DNA from: a virus
Taxonomy: Duplodnaviria; Caudoviricetes
Reading direction: 5' to 3' (one strand)
Virus record (IMG/VR): IMGVR_UViG_3300028585_000042
Location: 1 to 39,816 of that record
DNA: 39,816 bases
Part shown: piece after piece, positions 35,194-39,816 of the stretch
Layout: every line of letters begins with the position of its first letter
How positions within the stretch are numbered: the first letter of the stretch is position 1
Notes under the pieces: generated by a model
Seen by the model: the letters and a program-made list of their open reading frames with translations, nothing else
Databases searched by the model: none
What the model was told of the DNA's origin: nothing
Position numbers and translations under genes: made by a program

Positions 35194-36015
35194 ATGGACG
35201 ACACCATTTTCAAGATCATGTTCGGCGCGATCCAAGGCCCGTCGGGACAGGCGGCCTGGACTACTCCGGGGACCTATTCATGGATCGTTCCTGCGCGCGT
35301 CTTTTCGATCAGTCCCCTGTGCGTGGCCGCCGGCGGTGGCGCTCGCAGGTATGACTCTTCGGTGGGAGGTGCTGGCGGTGGCGGTGGCGGCCTGCGGTAC
35401 GCGAAGAAGATCGCTGTCATGCCCGGCGAAACTCTGACCATCGTCGTTGGCGCTGGTGCTACGGGGGCAAACGGGGGCGTCACAACTATCAGCCGCGGGT
35501 CGACGATTCTTCTGCAGGCGACCGGTGGCGTGGCGGGCGCGAACTTCCCGGGAGCTGGTGGTGAAGGATCGACGCTTGACGGGAACATCGGCGGTGGCAA
35601 CGGCGGCAGCGGCGGGTCGAAGGGCGATAACCAGGTGGAAGGTGGTGGTGGTGGTGGTGCTGGCGGATATTCAGGCAATGGCGGCAGGGCATACATCCCG
35701 AGCGAGCCGGGGTCTGGCGGTGGCGGCGGTGCAGGCGGACGTGGGTTCAATGTCAACCCTGGCGCTGCAGGCGGCGGCGTTGGTATTTTTGGCGAGGGTG
35801 CCAGCGGCATCGCGGGCGTAAATGGTCCCCCTGCAACTGTGGGCGGATCAGGTTCGGGCGGCATCCCAGGAGCTACCAGCACTGATCCGGGACTTTACGG
35901 CGGCGGTGCCGGAGGGCGAACTTCAACTATCTCGCTGGCTGGCGCAGGCGGTGCTTGCCGAATTATTTGGGGCTCTGGCCGAGAGTACCCGTCAACCAAC
36001 ACGCAGGACATTTAA
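35194..36015 (+). CDS. Glycine-rich adhesin-like tail protein
   Basis: TTPGTYSW.VP..GGGG and many polyglycine motifs, ending GACRIIWG. Confidence 0.75.
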   Translation: MDDTIFKIMFGAIQGPSGQAAWTTPGTYSWIVPARVFSISPLCVAAGGGARRYDSSVGGAGGGGGGLRYAKKIAVMPGETLTIVVGAGATGANGGVTTISRGSTILLQATGGVAGANFPGAGGEGSTLDGNIGGGNGGSGGSKGDNQVEGGGGGGAGGYSGNGGRAYIPSEPGSGGGGGAGGRGFNVNPGAAGGGVGIFGEGASGIAGVNGPPATVGGSGSGGIPGATSTDPGLYGGGAGGRTSTISLAGAGGACRIIWGSGREYPSTNTQDI

Positions 36016-36023
36016 GGATTCGC

Positions 36024-36548
36024 ATGTACTACCAGCCATCCACCAATCAAGTATTTACCCTGCACGGCGAGATCCGCAGCGCGCTGTGGGCATCGGCAAG
36101 CGTCATCTTCGAGAGCGTGATCACCGACGCTGCGCTGGCCGAGGCCGGCGTGTTCCCGCTGCGCAGCGAGCGGCCGGGCGCGCAGCCTGGCGAGATCGTC
36201 GAGCCGGGCCCCATCGAGCACGTCGACGATGCATGGATTCAGCAATGGACGGTGCGCGCGGCGACGCCCGAAGAGCAAGCGGCGATCGACGAAGGCGACA
36301 AGGTGCCCGTGCCGCACGAGGTGAGCATGCGCCAAGCCCGCCTGGCCCTGCTGGCGCGCAGCGTGCTGGGTGAGGTCGACACCGCCATCGACTCGCTGCC
36401 GAGCCCGGACCGCGAGGCCGCGCGCATCGAGTGGGACTATTCGAGCGTCGTTGCCCGCAACAGCCCGCTCGTCGTCATGATGGGCGCCGCGCTGAGCCTC
36501 GACGACGACGCGCTCGACGAACTGTTCATCACCGCTGCACGGCTGTAA
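36024..36548 (+). CDS. Tail fibre-associated protein
   Basis: W.QQWTV..ATPEE and VSMRQARLAL..IEWDY..LDELFITAA motifs; AAGGA RBS. Confidence 0.7.
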   Translation: MYYQPSTNQVFTLHGEIRSALWASASVIFESVITDAALAEAGVFPLRSERPGAQPGEIVEPGPIEHVDDAWIQQWTVRAATPEEQAAIDEGDKVPVPHEVSMRQARLALLARSVLGEVDTAIDSLPSPDREAARIEWDYSSVVARNSPLVVMMGAALSLDDDALDELFITAARL

Positions 36549-36590
36549 TCCTCGCGGCCTACCCGGGCCTGGTCACAAACCGCAAGACAC

Positions 36591-36614
36591 AGCCCGCCTC
36601 GGTGGGTTTTTTTT
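36591..36614 (+). terminator. Intrinsic terminator
   Basis: AGCCCGCC-TC-GGTGGGTT followed by a T-run. Confidence 0.65.
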
Positions 36615-36634
36615 CGTCCCATCGAAAGGCAGCA

Positions 36635-36913
36635 ATGAGCATCAGCAAGACCACCCCGCCGGAAGTCGGCAGCTACGCAGGCGCTGCAGTAACGGTCGCC
36701 ACCTCTCTCACCCTGACTGAGTTTGGGGTGATCGTCGGCATCGCCACGGCGCTTCTCACGTTCGTGCTGAACGCCTGGTACACGCACCAGCGCAACACCC
36801 GCGAGCACCTGCTGGCCGAACTGGACCGGCGCGAACGGGAAGTTCGCCTGCAGCAGTTGCAGGCCCAGCTGCTGGCACCGCTGGGCCCGCTGGGCTCGCT
36901 GACGAAACCGTAA
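36635..36913 (+). CDS. Holin (HP1-like)
   Basis: SY.G..SLT..GVIVGI..LLTFVLNAWY transmembrane segment, charged C-terminus; start of lysis cassette. Confidence 0.75.
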   Translation: MSISKTTPPEVGSYAGAAVTVATSLTLTEFGVIVGIATALLTFVLNAWYTHQRNTREHLLAELDRREREVRLQQLQAQLLAPLGPLGSLTKP

Positions 36914-36966
36914 CACACAGCACATCCAGCGCCGGCGCCGCCGGCGCGCAACCCAAAGGACAGATC

Positions 36967-37179
36967 GTGAAATTCATTGACGACGCACGCGCGCAATTCC
37001 CGAAACTCTGGTCGGTACGCTTCGCGCTGCTGGCCGCCATTGCATCGGCCATCGAGGCCGGCATGCATCTGTACGCAAGCGGCACCGCGCCCATCCTGGT
37101 GGTTGCCGCTGGCCTGACCTCGCTCGGTGCCGCGCTCGCGCGCGTGGTGGCGCAACCGACGGTGACCGGCAATGGTTAA
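36967..37179 (+). CDS. Second small two-TM lysis-cassette protein (holin/antiholin-like)
   Basis: KLWSVR..ARVVAQP; overlaps the lysozyme start. Confidence 0.65.
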   Translation: MKFIDDARAQFPKLWSVRFALLAAIASAIEAGMHLYASGTAPILVVAAGLTSLGAALARVVAQPTVTGNG

Positions 37180-37660
37180 GGGCGCACCAACCCAGCGGCG
37201 CGGCCTGGTCGCGCTGGTCGGCGCCGTGGCCGCGACCGCACTGTTCACCTTCACGCCGCCGTTTGAAGGCACCAAGTACATCACCTATCGGGACATGGCC
37301 GGCGTGCTCACATACTGTACTGGTGCCACCGAGAACGCGGCCTGGGGCAAGACGTACACGCCCGCGCAGTGCCGCGCCCAGCTCGACCGCGACCTCGAGC
37401 GGCACGCCGCCGGCATCGCCATGTGCATCCCGCTCGCGCGCCTGACCGATGGCCAGAAGGTGGCCTTCGTCGACGTCGCCTACAACATCGGCGTGAGCGG
37501 CTTCTGCGGCTCGAGCATGGCGCGCCGCACGAACGCGGGCGACATGGTCGGCGCCTGTAATGCGCTGCTGATGTGGAACAAGGTCGGCGGCAAGGAAGTG
37601 CGCGGCCTCACGCGCCGGCGCCAGGCCGAGCGCGAGCTGTGCTTGAAGGGGTTGCCATGA
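37172..37660 (+). CDS. GH24 lysozyme, probably a SAR endolysin
   Basis: N-terminal Ala/Gly-rich hydrophobic segment; FEG..YRD.AGV.T (E-D-T triad); YNIG; GLTRRRQAE..LC. Confidence 0.92.
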   Translation: MVKGAPTQRRGLVALVGAVAATALFTFTPPFEGTKYITYRDMAGVLTYCTGATENAAWGKTYTPAQCRAQLDRDLERHAAGIAMCIPLARLTDGQKVAFVDVAYNIGVSGFCGSSMARRTNAGDMVGACNALLMWNKVGGKEVRGLTRRRQAERELCLKGLP

Positions 37661-38067
37661 TCCCGATCGTAGCGGCAGCAGCCGCACCGGCCGTCGCCGC
37701 CTCGTCCCGCGCGCTGGTGGTCGGCCTGGGCTTGGTGCTGGCAATGGCGCTGTCGGGTGCCGCCGGCTGGTTCACAAACGGCTGGCGGCACGACGCCGAG
37801 ATCGCCGAGCTGCGGCGCGCGCACGCCGAAACCATGCGCAGCCAGTCGGATCTGGCGCTGACCACGCTGCAGGCCGACGCCGCGATCATCACCAAGGCGG
37901 CGACCGAGTTCGCCGACATTCGATCTACCCTGGCGCCGCGAATGTCGGCGCTCACCAAGGAGCTGCGCAATGCGAAACCTTTGCCTGCTGGTTGTGTGCC
38001 TGACGCTGACCGCGTGCGCAACCTCGACGCCGCAATCGAAGCCGCCAACAAAAGCATCCCTCGATAG
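37657..38067 (+). CDS. Rz: i-spanin (Rz-like)
   Basis: N-terminal transmembrane segment, coiled periplasmic domain, C-terminal Cys; follows the endolysin. Confidence 0.8.
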   Translation: MIPIVAAAAAPAVAASSRALVVGLGLVLAMALSGAAGWFTNGWRHDAEIAELRRAHAETMRSQSDLALTTLQADAAIITKAATEFADIRSTLAPRMSALTKELRNAKPLPAGCVPDADRVRNLDAAIEAANKSIPR

Positions 38068-38212
38068 CGCGCTGGCCGCGCCGTGCCCGGTGATCGAGCG
38101 GCCTGGTGCCGACGACTACGACGCATGGCAGGCATGGGCGATCGAGCTGCTGCGCCAGTACGCGGAGTGCGCCGCGCGCCACGCGAAGACGGTTCAGGCC
38201 TGGCCTCGGTGA
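37970..38212 (+). CDS. Rz1: o-spanin lipoprotein (Rz1-like)
   Basis: Lipobox LTAC, Pro-rich, two further Cys; overlaps Rz in another frame. Confidence 0.8.
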   Translation: MRNLCLLVVCLTLTACATSTPQSKPPTKASLDSALAAPCPVIERPGADDYDAWQAWAIELLRQYAECAARHAKTVQAWPR

Positions 38213-38284
38213 AACATCGCCGAGGCCAGCCAATAGAGGAGGGGTGCGTATCAGTTCATCAAACGGGGCAAATTGATACGAGAT

Positions 38285-38521
38285 TCAGGAAACATGAGCA
38301 TGCTTGTCGCCAGGTCGCGTCATCTCCCAATAAAAGCCATGCCACTCGTCACCATCTAGGTACTCCTCCCTCCGTCCACAAACGCTGCAACGGCGGCGCT
38401 CGAGGTCATCGGATAAGATCCATATGTGGGGCGGATTCAACCTTCTTAGCAGAGCGCGAAACATCTTTATCTCGTAAATATTGTGCCCAGTGAGCATAAT
38501 TTCGGCGCTCTTTTTTGACAA
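38285..38521 (-). CDS. Small low-GC hypothetical protein with CxxC (moron)
   Basis: PHIW..RRCSVCGRRE; opposite strand to late genes; start uncertain. Confidence 0.5.
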   Translation of the reverse strand: MSKKSAEIMLTGHNIYEIKMFRALLRRLNPPHIWILSDDLERRRCSVCGRREEYLDGDEWHGFYWEMTRPGDKHAHVS

Positions 38522-38630
38522 TATTTATCTACTCGAGTCGTTAATAACTGAAGCGGCCAGACGTTAGCTGTTGTTAAAAAGTCGCTATGGATAGGATGGA
38601 TGGCGGTCCAGGCTTGGCCGAGGTAGGGTG

Positions 38631-39011
38631 CTAGTTCTCGATCTCGCCCGCGACGCGAGTGATGGCCCGGCGGGTGGCTGCACCGGCGTCGTCGCCGTGC
38701 GGCTCGTTCGCCAAATTGAGATCGGCGGCCATCGCGGTGGTGTCCTGCACGTGTATGTAAATCTCAAGTCGAAGCCGCACGGCCAGGTCGAATGCATCGC
38801 CGCTGAACATGAGCGGGTTCCAGCTATGCACGACCGAGCCGCCGGCGAAGTGCAGGTTGACGTAGCCCTCGCCATCAACCACTTCAACGCGCGCGGCGCC
38901 GATCGCGCGCGCCGCCCGCTCCAGTAGCGCCAGGTCGGCCTCTGGAATATCTACTCTGGGCCGTTCTGGAGGCTCGCCCAGGTCGCCAACGATCTCGTTG
39001 TCCATCATCAT
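38631..39011 (-). CDS. NinX/ABA-sandwich-like phage protein
   Basis: LLERAARAIG..WNPL..GDAFDLAVRL...ATRRAITRVA. Confidence 0.7.
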   Translation of the reverse strand: MMMDNEIVGDLGEPPERPRVDIPEADLALLERAARAIGAARVEVVDGEGYVNLHFAGGSVVHSWNPLMFSGDAFDLAVRLRLEIYIHVQDTTAMAADLNLANEPHGDDAGAATRRAITRVAGEIEN

Positions 39012-39199
39012 CCTTTGTCAGATTTTATCGGCGCAGCCCCGCGGCGTCGCGGCCCTCCATCACTTAGAACGCGCTGCACCACGTGCAAAGGCGTCGTCGG
39101 CTGGAGAACGCGCAAGCCAACATCGAGGCCGAACACGGCCGCAACATTTGCTGCCAGATCGACATAGGTTGCGGTGATGTGATCTGTTCGTTTCTCCAT
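39008..39199 (-). CDS. Small helical hypothetical protein (similar to 12911-13216)
   Basis: EKRTD..VDLA..FG..PLHVVQRVL; ATGA overlap with the next gene. Confidence 0.6.
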   Translation of the reverse strand: MEKRTDHITATYVDLAANVAAVFGLDVGLRVLQPTTPLHVVQRVLSDGGPRRRGAAPIKSDKG

Positions 39200-39270
39200 G
39201 CGCCAAGTATGGCAGGGGAAGCCGCCGGCGCTTGATGAGATGCAAAATTAGGCAGGCTGCATGTCACGGC

Positions 39271-39293
39271 TGCTACACTGTATGGATGAACAG
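39271..39293 (+). promoter_or_regulatory. LexA (SOS) box overlapping an extended -10 promoter
   Basis: CTGTATGGATGAACAG (CTG-N10-CAG) at 39278-39293; TGcTACACT at 39271-39279. Confidence 0.85.
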
Positions 39294-39303
39294 TATTCCG
39301 GCC

Positions 39304-39549
39304 ATGCGGTTCAAGCGCGCGCTCACGAAGGACGATCTGAAAGCGATTCAGGATCGCAACCCGGACTCGCCCGACGTGCGCGCGCTGCTGTGGGAGGTGG
39401 CGCGGCTGCGCGCGCTGGCGCTGCGCACGCACGACTATTTCCGGCAGGGTTCGTCGTCGACGGCCTTGATCCTGGCCGACTCGCTGCGCACGATGCTTGA
39501 AGATGAGCCTGCTATTCAAGAACAGTCGAAGCTGTCGTCAGGACCGTAA
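39304..39549 (+). CDS. SOS-inducible small protein
   Basis: MRFKRALTKDDLKAIQDRN..PDVRALLWEVARLR; directly downstream of the LexA box. Confidence 0.75.
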   Translation: MRFKRALTKDDLKAIQDRNPDSPDVRALLWEVARLRALALRTHDYFRQGSSSTALILADSLRTMLEDEPAIQEQSKLSSGP

Positions 39550-39569
39550 TGGCATCAGATTGGGGAAAT

Positions 39570-39596
39570 AAAAAAGCCACCGCAAGGGTGGCTTTC
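39570..39596. terminator. Bidirectional terminator (SOS gene and restored tRNA-His)
   Basis: AAAAAAGCCACC-GCAAG-GGTGGCTTT. Confidence 0.8.
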
Positions 39597-39605
39597 AACT
39601 CGGCT

Positions 39606-39634
39606 CGTTGGAAAATTCCAAAATGCGTTGGAAA
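39606..39634. promoter_or_regulatory. Putative integrase arm-type sites, right arm
   Basis: CGTTGGAAA at 39606-39614 and 39626-39634. Confidence 0.65.
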
Positions 39635-39689
39635 TTTCACTATCCGAAATATTCAGATTCGCTTAACTACTTGAATCTAAATGAATTCT

Positions 39690-39737
39690 TGGGGTGGCTG
39701 ATGGGGCTCGAACCCACGACAACAGGAATCACAATCC
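39690..39737. repeat. att core, right copy
   Basis: Identical to 140-187. Confidence 0.97.
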
Positions 39738-39766
39738 TGGACTCTACCAACTGAGCTACAGCCACC
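39690..39766 (-). tRNA. tRNA-His(GUG)
   Basis: GGTGGCTGTAGCTCAGTTGGTAGAGTCCAGGATTGTGATTCCTGTTGTCGTGGGTTCGAGCCCCATCAGCCACCCCA: G-1, GUG anticodon, encoded CCA. Confidence 0.97.
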
Positions 39767-39810
39767 ACTGAACTACTACATCTGTCTCGTTGTTTCCGCG
39801 ACAGAACAAG

Positions 39811-39816
39811 ATTATA
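39811..39816 (-). promoter_or_regulatory. -10 element of the tRNA-His promoter
   Basis: TATAAT on the minus strand ~45 nt upstream of the tRNA, at the window edge. Confidence 0.55.

Larger units (their letters stand above)
140..39737. mobile_element. Complete lambdoid/HK97-like siphovirus prophage integrated at tRNA-His
   Basis: Bounded by an identical 48-bp direct repeat of the tRNA 3' half; contains integrase, cI/cro, replication, head, tail and lysis modules in canonical order. Confidence 0.96.

Noticed and set aside
35330-35950. GGT/GGC runs as a microsatellite or contingency locus
   Set aside because: Mixed Gly codons encoding polyglycine motifs, not a pure slippage tract.

Overview
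The window holds one apparently complete ~39.5 kb temperate siphovirus-type prophage. It is integrated in the 3' half of a tRNA-His(GUG) gene: a 48-bp att direct repeat lies at 140-187 and 39690-39737, with the intact tRNA on the minus strand at 39690-39766. The high GC content and an E. coli-type LexA box suggest a beta/gamma-proteobacterial host (Oxalobacteraceae-like is my inference). Layout is lambdoid: attL, a trypsin-like protease moron, integrase/DUF4224, leftward early genes, cI/cro switch with five 18-bp operators, CII, replication, Rha/antirepressor, PAPS-reductase-like gene, RusA, a receiver-domain moron, late regulator, HNH, terminase, HK97-type head, an SGNH-FN3 fibre-like gene, tail with a -1 frameshift chaperone, tape measure (TMP), tail tip/adhesin, lysis cassette, right-end morons and a LexA-controlled gene. 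The most unusual signal is a small early gene (4209-4619) whose N-terminus carries a 21-aa near-copy (18/21 identical, mostly synonymous DNA changes) of the TMP C-terminal motif, a candidate structural-protein mimic or decoy. Other highlights: the stand-alone protease moron, apparently leaderless cI and cro mRNAs, a structured PL leader RNA, a tRNA-like element after the late regulator, and DUF4214-like repeats in the TMP. Family assignments come from motif recognition by eye, not database searches.
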